From Octopus sinensis (Eukaryota), in contig NC_043008.1 of NCBI RefSeq assembly GCF_006345805.1, positions 9,052,001 through 9,116,000 of the forward strand: DNA of 64,000 nt. Direction: 5' to 3'. The notes beneath the pieces were generated by a model. The model was not told where the DNA came from and made no database searches. It was given only the letters and a program-made list of their open reading frames with translations. Made by a program: the position numbers and the translations under genes. Position 1 is the first letter of the stretch; the number at the start of each line of letters is the position of its first letter. This document shows, in pieces, positions 51,441-64,000 of this stretch.

Positions 51441-51739
51441 TACGATAAAACTTACTTGGAAGTGGATGCGTGGCGTTCCATCATATAATAACGAAGCAGA
51501 GGCGGCTGAAGAAGGGGAATTTTTCTTGTGTTGTATGCCTTGTTCACTGATTTTTCGTTGTTTAAAAAATGTCCGTTTCCTTGGTTTTGTTTTTATATTT
51601 TCGTTTCTCATTGTGTTCGAGGTTTTTTTTTTTTTTTTGGTGTCCTGTAACCATATATGTATGTATATATACATATAGATGTAGGTACGTACATATATGT
51701 ATGTATATATGCATATGTTTTATTTATCATTTTGTTATT

Positions 51740-51771
<32 letters not shown>

Positions 51772-51993
51772 TATGTATAAAATACAAAATGGGACAAGAA
51801 CGCAAAACATCAGACAACAAGATTAATCATCCGAAATTGCGAGGATGATCCAGTTCTTGACTGAGTCTAAAAAGCTTCGAATGACCCGTCCTTGTTTTTT
51901 TGTATCGTCTATCTGGATGTTTTGTTGTCCCTTTTTGTATCAACTAGTTGTCCAGATGTTTTGCGTTCTTGTCCCATTTGTATTTTATACATA
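51772..51993. mobile_element. Short inverted-repeat element (47 bp arms) with a possible HHR remnant
   Basis: 51772-51818 and 51947-51993 are near-perfect reverse complements, and both ends abut (TA)n. Confidence 0.7.
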
Positions 51994-51998
51994 CATAC

Positions 51999-52075
<77 letters not shown>

Positions 52076-52575
52076 TATATATATATGCAGCACGGAACAG
52101 GTCGCGGTCTCAAAGCGACGAAAATAAACACCTTCCAAAATTTTACAGAACTATGCATCAGTTTTCTTTCGGGAAAACGTTTTTGTGAATAGTTCTGTAA
52201 AATATGCTTTGAAATACGACAGACTACACTGAGGATTTACAGATACTGCATCTTGCATTTTGCATTTTGTAAGTATTAATAATGAAATCATGATACGTAA
52301 GTAATCGTTTTATTCTGTAAATTTTCATTTGCCTTGCTTATTTTTTACATTTTGGCGTTTGCTATGTTTTTTTCTTGAGACCACACTCTTTGTGGTAAGG
52401 CGATTTAGCGTCTATTTCTGGTGTATAGGATTCCACTTAGTGGTCATTCCTCTTATTAATTGTAAAATATTTTTAAATCTTCGGATTTTTTTTTAATATG
52501 CTAGATCACAGGTTTAAATTGATGTTAACTGATTGATATAAATTTCTGCTCTCAGTATTTTAATTTATATATGTA

Positions 52576-52654
<79 letters not shown>

Positions 52655-53859
52655 GTGTGTAAGTGAGATGAGAATACCAAATCAAATATACACTCCTAAT
52701 ATAAAGTTGGGGTGGATGAGCCTCTCTGAATCATTTCAATCTTTGATTAAGCTACCTTATTACCAAAAACATTTTCATTTGGATTTGGATATATTTTATT
52801 CAAAATTATAAATTCTGTTAATTTTCTTTGGGCCTCCACGTATAGAAAAATCATTTTTTTCTCTTGATTGAAAAATATGAAATTTAAAAATCGTAAAACT
52901 TCCTAGAATTCCATTCTAACTTTTCACCAGAATTTATCTTTCCGTATATTATTTACTGTTTTAAAAAATCAAAAACGGGAAGGGAGAGTGAATGATTTTT
53001 AACTACTATTTTCTATGTGTAAGTTCTATGCATTAAATATAGCCATTTATCACCTTCATAGAAGTCGGTGTCACTCGTAGCAACACTCATAGCAATCACC
53101 AGTATTCAAGCAGAATTCGCCGACAAACATTACATTAAGACAATAAACCTCCCATGCATGTTAATCAAACGCTGTGATGGACACAAAAAGAGTGGAAGAA
53201 AAAGAGAACAACTCCGATTAAAGCTAACGCTAGACCATTCAGTAGGATTTTCTGCGGCAGAAAGGGAATTGGAAAGAATGCATAAACAGTGGCGGTGCAT
53301 CAAAGCTTTACGACGTTTGAACACCGCAGTTTACACGTGACGATAACCATTTTATGGTGTGGCCATTTGAAGACTGTAAACGGTTCCAATCATTGACAAA
53401 AGGATTTACAGATTCTATATATAACAGCCATTACGCATTGTTACCAACAACTTTAAGCCGAATAAACTATACAAGAAGTAGAGCAGCAAATGCGAAGTTG
53501 TTAGAATCCATGATGCTTCTGTTCTAGAACTTGTTATGTGTAATGAACGTGTATCATTTATGAAATCTGACCGATACTGATAGACCTAGTCAACTGGGGG
53601 GACTTTAATGTGATCGTGCGACTTTCCAAGTATAACAACAATGCATACTTCCATTAAGGACTACCTGTCCTGCAAAATAATGGGTTATCTATGGCTAAAA
53701 TGCTGGTCGAATGCTTCATCTAGTCAATTATTTCCGTTCTACGTTAACTGCTCAAGCTAACAAAACTTCTGATCTCATCTTCAAAGGCTGAAATATCTCT
53801 CAACCCCATTGGTGCATTATAACGATGTTAATTATCCCCCAAAATTGCATTCAAACTAC

Positions 53860-53916
53860 TACTGCTGCTGCTGCTGCTGCTACTACTACTACTACTACTA
53901 CTACTAATACTACTAT

Positions 53917-53952
<36 letters not shown>

Positions 53953-53970
53953 TACTACTACTACTACTAC
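53860..53970. repeat. (GCT)n(ACT)n microsatellite
   Basis: Direct reading. Confidence 0.95.
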
Positions 53971-54367
53971 TATTCGTCAGCATCGTTGTACTTGTCACCG
54001 TTCCCAACGTTATTGTCTTGTGGGGTTTTTAAAAACTTTTTTTCAAAGATTGTATCAACGCAGAAAGCGATTGGAATGCATAGCGTTCTGAAAGAATAGC
54101 TGAAGGATCAATAGTTCAAATGCTGCCACTGGTACTATCTTGCCTCCTTGGTTAGTACATTTAATTCTAAATGATCTGCAAACGAGTGCTATTGGTTTCA
54201 CTGTTAAACAAAACACGCGTGCGTGTATTCTATATATACTTTTTTTTTATCTCATTTTCCCGTCCATTCCCTTTCTTCCCTCTCATATTTCAATTAAACT
54301 TCCACGCAAATTGTAATGCCCTTGTGATGTTCCCTTTATAATGACCTTGTGGCAAATAAAAGAAATT

Positions 54368-54368
54368 A

Positions 54369-54413
<45 letters not shown>

Positions 54414-54533
54414 TTTTTTTCTTCTTTCAAATTTGCTACCATTTCTTGCCGAGTGTCTTCCCGACTCCTAGGGCAAAGAAACTCATAGTATACATTGGTA
54501 TTATAGTATACATTATTATTGTTATTATTATTA

Positions 54534-54592
<59 letters not shown>

Positions 54593-54604
54593 TTAACTAT
54601 TATT

Positions 54605-54635
<31 letters not shown>

Positions 54636-54646
54636 TTATTATTTTG

Positions 54647-54707
<61 letters not shown>

Positions 54708-54710
54708 CAT
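54368..54710. repeat. (ATT)n microsatellites
   Basis: Direct reading. Confidence 0.95.
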
Positions 54711-56664
54711 ATTAGTTTCATTAATGAAGTAGTGTACATGGATGATTATAAATGAAATTATGGCAGGTATGCAATGTTACATGTTTTCACATTATATCGG
54801 TTTTTACATATTTGTGAATCTTTCAAAAAAAGATGGGTGAATGTAGCAAGGATGGCACGTATGAATGACGAAGCCACCTTGAGCATAATCCTATGAACCC
54901 GGAAACATTTTAAACAGAGGGTTACTTACTTGCAAATAAATGTGTTAACATGTGACATTATTGACCGAGGTTACCGTGGTCTTTTCTGCTTTTCTTTCCA
55001 CGGATAAACCTTATCTGCTTCCCTCTTTACACTTTACACCATGACATTTCTGTGATACACGATCCCTATTGATCGTTTTTACCCCCTTTTTACGATCCCT
55101 TTTGATCGAAAACTTACCCCACATTTTTTTTTCTTTCTCCCCAAAAAGAAAAGCTCTACTTTGTAATTTGTCCCGTCTGTGTTCAGCCCTGTGTGGCTAA
55201 CAAAGAAACATATTTGTGCACTTTCTGTATAGCAATGTTCAGTATTTGAAACCCTGAAATAGCTGATAGTCACCTCTGTCTCTAAACGAAGAATAAGGAG
55301 GGTGAAAATAGACGATAGGCAATATTCAATTTCAAGAGAATCACGTTGAATTTCTTTTACTTTTGTCTCTGCGATTTCTAAATGAATAGTTCTTTCTTTG
55401 GCAGGCGGAGTCTTTTTTTTATCCGTGAGTCGAAACAAGTGGTCGCAATAGAAAGAAATGTAGCATCGTGTCATTCCTGTTCGGAATTCAATGCAAAACA
55501 ATAATTTTAAAAAATCAGGAAAGTCGATAAGTTCTTGTTTTTCCCTTAATTCCTTTTAGTGCTCTGTCGTAGAGATAAGGGTTTTTACAGAATGGCAATA
55601 GTAAGAACAAATGTAATTTTGAAGTTAAAAATTAATAAACACGAAGTAAATATGGTTTTATTATTTTTTTAAAAATTCATTTATATATTTTGTGTTGTAT
55701 GGAAAAAAGGGAAAGATTTTAGAGAATGGAAAGCGTGTGGAAAAATATATCATTTTGGGGTAAAAAGAAAATTAATAAACATGAGATGCCAAAACTGTGA
55801 AATCAGAAAAAAAAGATAGTATGTTGTTGGTGTTGACAAAAAATATTTTAAAATGATGTTTTGTAGTAAGTTTTGAAAAACATGGATTTTTGTGAAAACA
55901 TCTTTTTTATTTTAAATGTAATTTACAAGTGTATCAGACGTGTTTCGATGTGTAGTATAATATAATATAATAGCGGCAGGTAAAAAGAAAAAAATCACTT
56001 AATTGTGAAAAATGCGATGAAGGGAGGGGTTTATGAATTTTTTCTCTAGGAATGAGGATTACATGTATTTCAAAATGTGAAATATTATGAGGGAAAATAA
56101 GATAAAAATATTGATGGTTAATGTCGTGAAAGCATGATAAAGTGGCGGCGGGGGTCACTTTGGAAAACGGGAATTTAATTTTTTTCTTTTTTTTTAGAAA
56201 AAGCTTCCCTTCATTGTTTTGAAAGGTGGGATACAAAGAGAATTTGACCAAATCCCGACTACAACGGAGAAAAATACAACTTTTGTGGGACTGCTATTCC
56301 GGAAGTCCACAAGATATGATTCAGAAATAAGGAAAGAAAGGAAGTCAAAAGATGAGTTAAAAGAATAAGAACGATGGGCAACGTTGTGGAATGTGGTTGA
56401 TTTTTAGAATTATAGCCATTATGTACATTATTAGGAATTTATTTAATGAACGACAGAAAAAAATTTTAAGAGAACCAAAAGAAGCGCAGCTACAGAATGC
56501 TCTGATAGAAAAAGAGAGTTGAATCTGTTTAGACTGAGTTTTATAGAAGTGTCGAAATATTTAAGAGAAGTGATAGAAAGAAAAGAAAATTAACGGGACA
56601 CAAAGCACACACAGAACAGACGAATCTTCAGACATATATCTGTACATATTTTGCTTTGGTTACA

Positions 56665-57041
56665 GTGGAGGCGCAATGGCCCAGTGGCCGAGTGGTTAGG
56701 GCAGCGGACTCGCGGTCGTAGGATCGCGGTTTCGATTCCCAGACCGGGCGTTGTGAGTGTTTATTGAGCGAAAACACCTAAAGCTCCATGAGGCTCCGGC
56801 AGGGGATGGTGGTGATCCCTGCTGTACTCTTTCACCACAACTTTCTCTCACTCTTACTTCCTGTTTCTGTTGTACCTGTATTTCAAAGGGCCGGCCTTGT
56901 CACTCTCTGTGTCACGCTGAATATCCCCGAGAACTACGTTAAGGGTGCACGTGTCTGTGGAGTGCTCAGCCACTTACACGTTAATTTCACGAGCAGGCTG
57001 TTCCGTTGATCGGATCAATCGACGGGGTGCTTCCATCCACA
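56665..57041 (+). mobile_element. SINE family C, near full length, 9 bp TSD
   Basis: tRNA-like head GGAGGCGCAATGGCCCAGTGG..GGACTCGCGGTC..GTTTCGATTCCC. TSD TTGGTTACA at 56656-56664 and 57042-57050. Confidence 0.9.
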
Positions 57042-58289
57042 TTGGTTACAAGGGAAACACGTCTTGACGAAAGCTTTTTATTCTGTCTTTCATCTGTAAA
57101 ATAATTTCAAAATGGCTTTTCTTTTTCCTTTTTTTCTTTTTGGCATCTATTTACATTAATTTCATTTTTTATTTACTTGCAGCATTTTATCTGTTCAATA
57201 TCCACAAACAACACTGTTTCAGAAATTCCATTCCTATCATCGGTCTGAAGTGTTACAGAGATTCTAGCAAGTTGATAAGTTTATAAAACACTTGAAAACA
57301 TGTCTTGGTTCATATCTAAAAATGAAATGTAAACACTCGAGTATTTATAACAATTGATAAAAATCTTGATTAATTTCAAATCAGATTTTCCTACAGATTT
57401 CTTGGTGTTTCCTTAAACAAATATTCTCTCGGTTACATTTTTTAGATTCAAAGCAAGCGGTCTTATCGTCAACGTAATATTACAGGAAATTACAAGATAT
57501 GTCCATTCCAGCCGTATCTATGTATGTATGGGATATGACATTTTAAAAACAAGTTACTCTGAGAAATCTGGAAGTAAATCTATTTTTCTATCTGATTTTA
57601 CAAATAATTTCACATGTTTATTTTTTATTTTTATCAATGAACCAAGAAATTAATCAATTTTCACAAGTATTTTATATACTTATCATGTAATGTATTTAAA
57701 TGTCTGTAACACTTCACACCGTTGATAGAACGGATTTCCGACACAATGTTGTTTATGAATATAAAGGTGTTAAAGCTGAAATTAGATTATAAATTAAATT
57801 ATCAAAATTACTTTCAGAGAAATAAACATGTTTTGGCTTATTTTACATACGAAAGAAAGTATACGATTAAATTGCGCGTGTATATATAAATATATATATA
57901 TATATATGTTTGTACGTAGGCATGCATATATGTATGTAAAATTGAAAATGTCTGTTACTCCCTAAAAGGTTAGCTATAATCAATAATATATTACTCAAAA
58001 CATGGGCTGTAAATTTGGAAAATTAATTAATTCGATTCTGATAAAAAAAATATATTGGTTACATTTTTGAAAATATCAAAGAGCGATATAATTGAAGTTA
58101 TAGATATATGTTCCAAATGTGAACTTTGGATACTCAAGCATTCGTCTTCGCAACGTCAATTTACAGCGGATCTGTTCACCAAAGTCTTTCCTTAACACTT
58201 CTTCCTCTGTCATTGGCATCGATCTCTCTCGGATCCTCAGTTTCCGATTTTGCTTTACATATACATGTATCTGTGTGTGTGTTTTGATT

Positions 58290-58415
58290 ACAGGTAAGTT
58301 CAACGCCGTCAATTCACCGACCGCGAAGTAAGTTCACCGTAATGAAAGTTCGCTGTTCCAGCGCATCAGCCTCACCATCACCCGTGGCAACGCTGCAAGC
58401 TGCTGGCGTGTTTCA
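58290..58415 (+). pseudogene. C-terminal fragment of a CRE-clade (RLE) non-LTR retrotransposon ORF
   Basis: ESSLFQRISLTITRGNAASC resembles the LFQR(I/L)S..IQRGNA terminal motif of CRE-type elements. Confidence 0.6.
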
Positions 58416-58715
58416 ATAGCCATTAGAAAGGTTTCTCAACAGACCCAACTTTTCAACCCATGGTGGTGAATTTTTTTTTTCCCCTTTTCCTCCTTCTTTC
58501 TCTTTTTTTTTCTTCTTAATTTTTTTCAATTGTGTTCTCTGTTTTGTCCAATTTTCTAGTTTGATTTTGTAAAACGATAAACACTGTGAGGTCAATAAAA
58601 TTTTTAAGGTGGAGTTAACCGTGAAGTTCACCTCGAGGAAAGTTTACCAAGAAAATATATCCATATACCGTTAAAAACTATTTTATTGAAATAAAGACGG
58701 TGAACTTACTGGAGA

Positions 58716-58782
<67 letters not shown>

Positions 58783-58934
58783 TTGTAAACATAAGAACAC
58801 AGGAAATGTATCAAGGCCGACAGGAAGCCTTGATGCTTCCTAGGGCTAAATATCAGTGGTGTGATTCCCTTCATAGGACTGCCACATTAAGTTGGCAGTA
58901 TACAACTACTATCTCTCTCTCTATACATACATAT

Positions 58935-58941
58935 ATATATA

Positions 58942-58982
<41 letters not shown>

Positions 58983-59135
58983 CATATATATATATATATA
59001 TTATATATATATATATATTATATATCATATATTATATATATATATATATTATATATCATATATATATATATATATTATTATATATTATATATATATATAT
59101 ATATAATATATTATATATTAATATATATATATCTA

Positions 59136-59179
<44 letters not shown>

Positions 59180-59224
59180 ATATATATAATATATATAATA
59201 TATATATTATATATTATATATATA

Positions 59225-59268
<44 letters not shown>
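58935..59268. repeat. (TA)n compound microsatellite
   Basis: Direct reading. Confidence 0.95.
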
Positions 59269-59270
<2 letters not shown>

Positions 59271-59582
59271 AAAATTTAAATCCACATCTTTGTCGGTATA
59301 TTTACTTTCTCTATAATGTTGCCACTTGATTTGAAAATTTTTGTATTAATGGAAACCTCTATAATTGGCTGATGAGTACTCAGCATCTTAAATCTGTTGT
59401 AATACTTACAACATTTAATAAAATGATGTAGTACGAAACGATCGTACCAAATTACCGGAGTCATTCTTGTTGCTTATTTTGATTATAATCACCCCACGGA
59501 TTTTTATGGATAACACCATACAAAATTCTGGTGCATCTAAATTAAGTACCATATTCATTTGAATCTAAATTTTTGCTGAACT

Positions 59583-59671
<89 letters not shown>

Positions 59672-59731
59672 TGTATATATATGTGTATATATATAAGTAT
59701 ATATATACATATATATGTATTATATATATAT

Positions 59732-59919
59732 ATCAATCAATATAAGGTTAACAAAAAATTAAAGAAAAATTTTCTGCAACCAGCGGTCAAGTGAGAAAAT
59801 AGAGATAGTCACAGACTATATAATATATTATATAGTCTGTGACTATCTCTATTTTCTCACTTGACCGCTGGTTGCAGAAAATTTTTCTTTAATTTTTTGT
59901 TACCCTTATATTGATTGAT
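59732..59919. repeat. 188 bp spacerless palindrome (94 bp arms, 1 mismatch)
   Basis: The symmetry axis lies between 59825 and 59826; the only mismatch is 59748/59903. Confidence 0.95.
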
Positions 59920-60706
59920 TAATGAATTCTTGACTAATTCTGAAATTTGTAACAGCAGTTTATATTTGCTGCGGAGTAGATGGCGCGATTACGGTGAATT
60001 CGAAAATTTAGGATATATAGACCCGAGGCTTAGATGGTGTAGCCTCATGTATATATATCTCCCCCTCTTTTGGCGACTTTGCTGACGAGACAAGCCAAGC
60101 GTAAACAGATTTAATTTAATTTAATTAAATTTGATTGCGTGAAAGATGTTGAAACCTTGCAGGGTACAAAGTTTGAAGGGGATAAATGTTTTTATTTCCC
60201 CTCTAGTTCCAGAATTACTACTATTTTTGCGGTTTTGAGTTTAGCTGCTCTTTTCAAGTGAGTCGAACGACCTTCTCAGGGTCATTCCTTAATTATTTGT
60301 TGTATATATATATATATATATATATATGATAATTCTTCCCCATTCTTTCATTCGTATTTCGTTTTGGCGTTATAATTATTTTCTCTTTTGCGTTGTGTAT
60401 TTCATTCCATTTTTCGTCCAGTTTTTTTTTTTTCTGTTTCTTCCTTGGCTATATATTCTTCAACGTGTAATAACAAACGCTATATTTTTCTTCATTTTAA
60501 ACATTTAGATTTCAATTGCTGATGATATGTTAGGCCTTTGTCATATAAACGCATATGTCCATTATTGAAACATATGTTTAATAGATATTTCAATAAATCC
60601 TTTTAAATATTATATAATTCTATGGAGTTTTTTCATAATTCACATCGTTTCCATATCGAGTTTCTAAGCTTCGATTATTTGTTTGTATCTCAAACCATTT
60701 TGACAT

Positions 60707-61085
60707 GCGTGGCTATGTCGTAAGAAGTTTGCTTCTCAGTCACATGGTTATGGGTTCAGTCTCACTGCGGGGTACCTTGAGCAGGTGTCATCTACAAAAT
60801 CTTGAGCCGACCAAAGTCGTGTGGCTGGATTGTTTTGAACGGAAACTGAAAGAATCGCTTCGTGTGTGTGTGTAAGTGTGTGTATGCGTGTGCGTATGAG
60901 TTTGTCTGTGTTTGTCATCCACCACTGTTTGACAAGTGGTGTTTGTGTGTTTATGTCCCTGTAACTTAACGGTTCGGCAAAAGAGTGTAGTAGAATAAGT
61001 ACAAGGCTTTATAAAATAGCCACTGAGGTCGATCCGTTCGACTAAAATTCTTCAAAGATATACCATAGCAGATCTGCAGTTCAAA
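60707..61085 (+). mobile_element. Diverged SINE family A
   Basis: Colinear with family A (gggttcagtctcactgcg, cggaaactgaaaga, cttaacggttcggcaaaaga). Confidence 0.8.
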
Positions 61086-61136
61086 CACTAAAATATACTT
61101 ATCTTAATGTTTATTTTAGATATCGTTATATATGCA

Positions 61137-61171
<35 letters not shown>

Positions 61172-61216
61172 GTGTGTGTGACTGTGTATAAATATGTAAA
61201 TATATATATATATATA

Positions 61217-61264
<48 letters not shown>

Positions 61265-61589
61265 TATATGTAGACAGTTCCAATGCTTTCTTCGTACATG
61301 GCATGATTAAACAGAATCTGAAACATAAAAATGTCAAGTAATAAATGATATAAACTGTTACAAGTTAGAATAAACGTAAAACGGTGTTTTCTGGTGCGTC
61401 TATTTATTTCTGTCATGTCTGTGTATATATTCAAACATTAAATGAAGGATTGGTTAATCCATTTGAGTATCTGACAAAACCTGCAACACTGGCAAGTCAC
61501 TGTCTATTTCTCTCTAGTTAAGTCATCTATATAATATATACGAGTCCGGTCATATCATGGTGTTGAAGTGTTAGTTCCTATACATTTTT

Positions 61590-61745
61590 TCTTTCATTCT
61601 CTATGATTTTCCTCTCAACCCTTCTGTCGAGGAACACAGACTCGAAACGTCAAAGTCCTTTCCATTCTTCCCGAGCGTCAAACTAATACACCTGCTTGTT
61701 GTTCCTTCATCTGTCTTCGTCTTTTGTTTCCTGTAAATTTAAACT
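61590..61745 (+). mobile_element. PLE-like short repeat with a variant hammerhead core
   Basis: CTT-CTGTCGA-GGAACACAGACTC-GAAA-CG-TC-AAAG at 61621-61655; tail shared with the 20400 and 29690 copies. Confidence 0.6.
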
Positions 61746-63129
61746 GTGTGTGCGCGTGCGTGTGTGTGTGTGTGTGCATCTGTGTGTGTGTGAGTGTGTG
61801 TGTATGTGTGTGTGTGTGTGAGTGTGCTTATATAGGTATGTATGTATGTACGGAAATATAATATGCATAATTTTTATTCGCCTGATGACATTTTCAAATA
61901 ATAGCGAACATTTTTCTTCTCGGCTCTCGTTTTGAGAGAAAATAAAAAGCTTCGTTACAAGATGTTAAGTGAGGGTATTTTTTATTAGTTAGAAAAAAGA
62001 AAGAAATGTCTTTCATTATTTTGTAGAGCAATTTTGAGTAATAACGTTAAAGGTTGGTGAAAAGTTGTCGAATGCCTAAAGGAAGACATTACAAACGATC
62101 GACTTCCTAAATGTTTCTTCTTGTGTAAAATGAATTCAATAAAAAATAATATACTTCCCATCCCACTCCTTAACTCAGCCGTTCCCTGACCGTCCCCATC
62201 CCCTCAAACTTCATTCTTTAACCATTCGTCTCCACGAACCAAAACTTTTATTTATCAGTAAATAATACTCCAAAATAATAAAAGAAACCTTTTTTTTTTT
62301 TTTTCAGTTACTAACAGAGCTCGTGCTACAGATATAATTGACCACCTTAACACCATTTCCTTATAATGAGGTATTTCATTTTCTCTTTACATAAACATCA
62401 GAAAGAATTTTTTTTTTCACAATACTTTGAATAAGTCATAAGGCAAGACTTGAAGCCACAGACTAGACTAATTTTACGATGAATTTGTTTCTGTTATTGA
62501 GTTATTGAGTCTATTGTCTCCCTCGTCTTTACTGACGCTCGTTTGTTATTCTTAGAATTCCTTTGAAATATCGACTCCAAAACTAACATTTACCTGACGA
62601 TTGCTTCATCTTCACATCTGATAGCCGTCTCAATCTACATCATCCATTAATACAATCTGCATTAATCTCCATTGCGCCTGTTCGCTTTATTATGACTATT
62701 AAGACCAGCAGACGACCTGCAAGGTTTCAAACGTATGTCACAGATTAGATTCAAAATGTCTACAAGCTATATCATAGCTTACAAGTGCTATGGTAATCTT
62801 ATGCACTTTCACTGCCTTTTCCAGCCACGTTTACTCCGACAGATTCTTCCATATACTACACAGATTTGTTACAATAAAACTGTGTCAAATTATTGTTACG
62901 TACATCTTGATTTTTGCAAATCATCGGGCAATTTCAAGTGATTTATGTAGCCAGCATTTGACAGGATATAGCAATGTAGTCTGTAGCTTACAATGTACTG
63001 AGGGACGATGTATTTTGTATGTGTGTGTGTGTGTATTTGTGTTGAACCTGTATATATGTATGTATGTATGTATATGTACCTAGTTATATGTATATATGAT
63101 TACATATACATACATATGAGATGGCTAGC

Positions 63130-63149
63130 TAGCTAGCTAGCTAGCTAGC

Positions 63150-63205
<56 letters not shown>

Positions 63206-63226
63206 AGATAGCTAGATAGATAGATA

Positions 63227-63259
<33 letters not shown>

Positions 63260-63337
63260 AGATAGATAGGTAGATAGAAGATAGATATATATATATAATA
63301 TATATATATATATAGATATACAGATATATAGATAGAT

Positions 63338-63408
<71 letters not shown>

Positions 63409-63446
63409 TAGATAGATATATAGATAGATAGATAGATAGATGATAT

Positions 63447-63488
<42 letters not shown>

Positions 63489-63510
63489 CGATAGATAGAT
63501 AGATAGATAG
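63130..63510. repeat. (GCTA)n/(GATA)n microsatellite
   Basis: Direct reading. Confidence 0.95.
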
Positions 63511-63553
63511 TTATAGCTGCTCTATAGGATTACCCAGGGTTTCGCCAGATCCT

Positions 63554-63614
63554 GGAGTCTGACGAGACGCTGTAAAGCTAAGTGCTTTACGGTCGCGAAA
63601 CCCTGGGTAACCCC
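63554..63614 (+). ncRNA. Type I hammerhead-like motif preceded by an inverted copy of its own 3' half
   Basis: GGAGT-CTGACGA-GACGCTGTAAAGC(TAAGT)GCTTTACGGTCGC-GAAA-CCCTGGG-TA-ACCCC. Stem I pairs 4/5 and the base of stem II is imperfect. 63530-63545 is the reverse complement of 63595-63610. Confidence 0.6.
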
Positions 63615-63691
63615 ATAGATCGGCCACAACTACCTTTATCTAAATACTCTACGGCTCGTTCGGATTTATGATTTACTGACACACACACATA

Positions 63692-64000
63692 GGCGCAGGA
63701 GTGGCTATGTGGTAAGTAGCTTGCTAACCAGCCACATGGTTCCGGGTTCAGTCCCACTGCGTGGCATCTTGGGCAAGTGTCTTCTGCTATAGCCCCGGGC
63801 CGACCAATGCCTTGTGAGTGGATTTGGTAGACGGAAACTGAAAGAAGCCTGTCGTATATATGTATATATGTATATATATATGTATGTGTGCGTGTGTTTG
63901 TGTGTCTGTGTTTGTTCCCCCTAGCATTGCTTGACAACCGATGCTGGTGTGTTTACGTCCCCGTCACTTAGCGGTTCGGCAAAAGAGACCGATAGAATAA
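63692..64000 (+). mobile_element. SINE family A, cut by the window end
   Basis: GGCGCAGGAGTGGCTATGTGGTAAG head; colinear with the other copies. Confidence 0.9.

Noticed and set aside
55079-55501. 140 aa minus-strand ORF
   Set aside because: The last third is a SINE tail fragment, there are no splice signals or recognisable domain in the remainder, and it cannot be distinguished from chance or a decayed TE.
56665-56745. tRNA gene (also the heads of the other SINE copies)
   Set aside because: The tRNA-like A/B boxes run directly into SINE bodies with tails and TSDs, and I could not build a complete cloverleaf with an acceptor stem.
60077-60110. CTGACGA-GAC(AA)GCC-AAGCGTA, hammerhead-like
   Set aside because: GAAA and stem I are both broken and it is a single copy here; too degenerate to support.

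Overview
This is AT-rich, repeat-dominated animal genomic DNA with no prokaryotic features. The tRNA-derived SINE types and the dense (TA)n/(ACAT)n/(GATA)n/(AAT)n microsatellites suggest a coleoid cephalopod, probably Octopus (inference). I could not confirm any intact protein-coding gene; there are only three weak minus-strand exon candidates. The window holds three SINE families (about 22 copies), decayed DNA transposons (hAT/Buster, mariner, DD37D/maT, Tigger, two non-autonomous Helitrons, two MITEs), non-LTR relics (RTE, CRE-like), a ~1.65 kb tandem duplication and a 188 bp spacerless palindrome. The most striking signal is a set of hammerhead ribozyme (HHR) motifs: about 12 intact-to-degenerate copies from roughly seven sequence-unrelated families. 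Most lie in inverted-repeat elements whose 3' tails point outward, as in Penelope-like element (PLE) pLTRs. The best case is a 525 bp foldback element (19640-20164) with a textbook type I HHR on the + strand and a mirror-image, covarying HHR on the - strand. All RNA structures were folded by eye and none has been tested.
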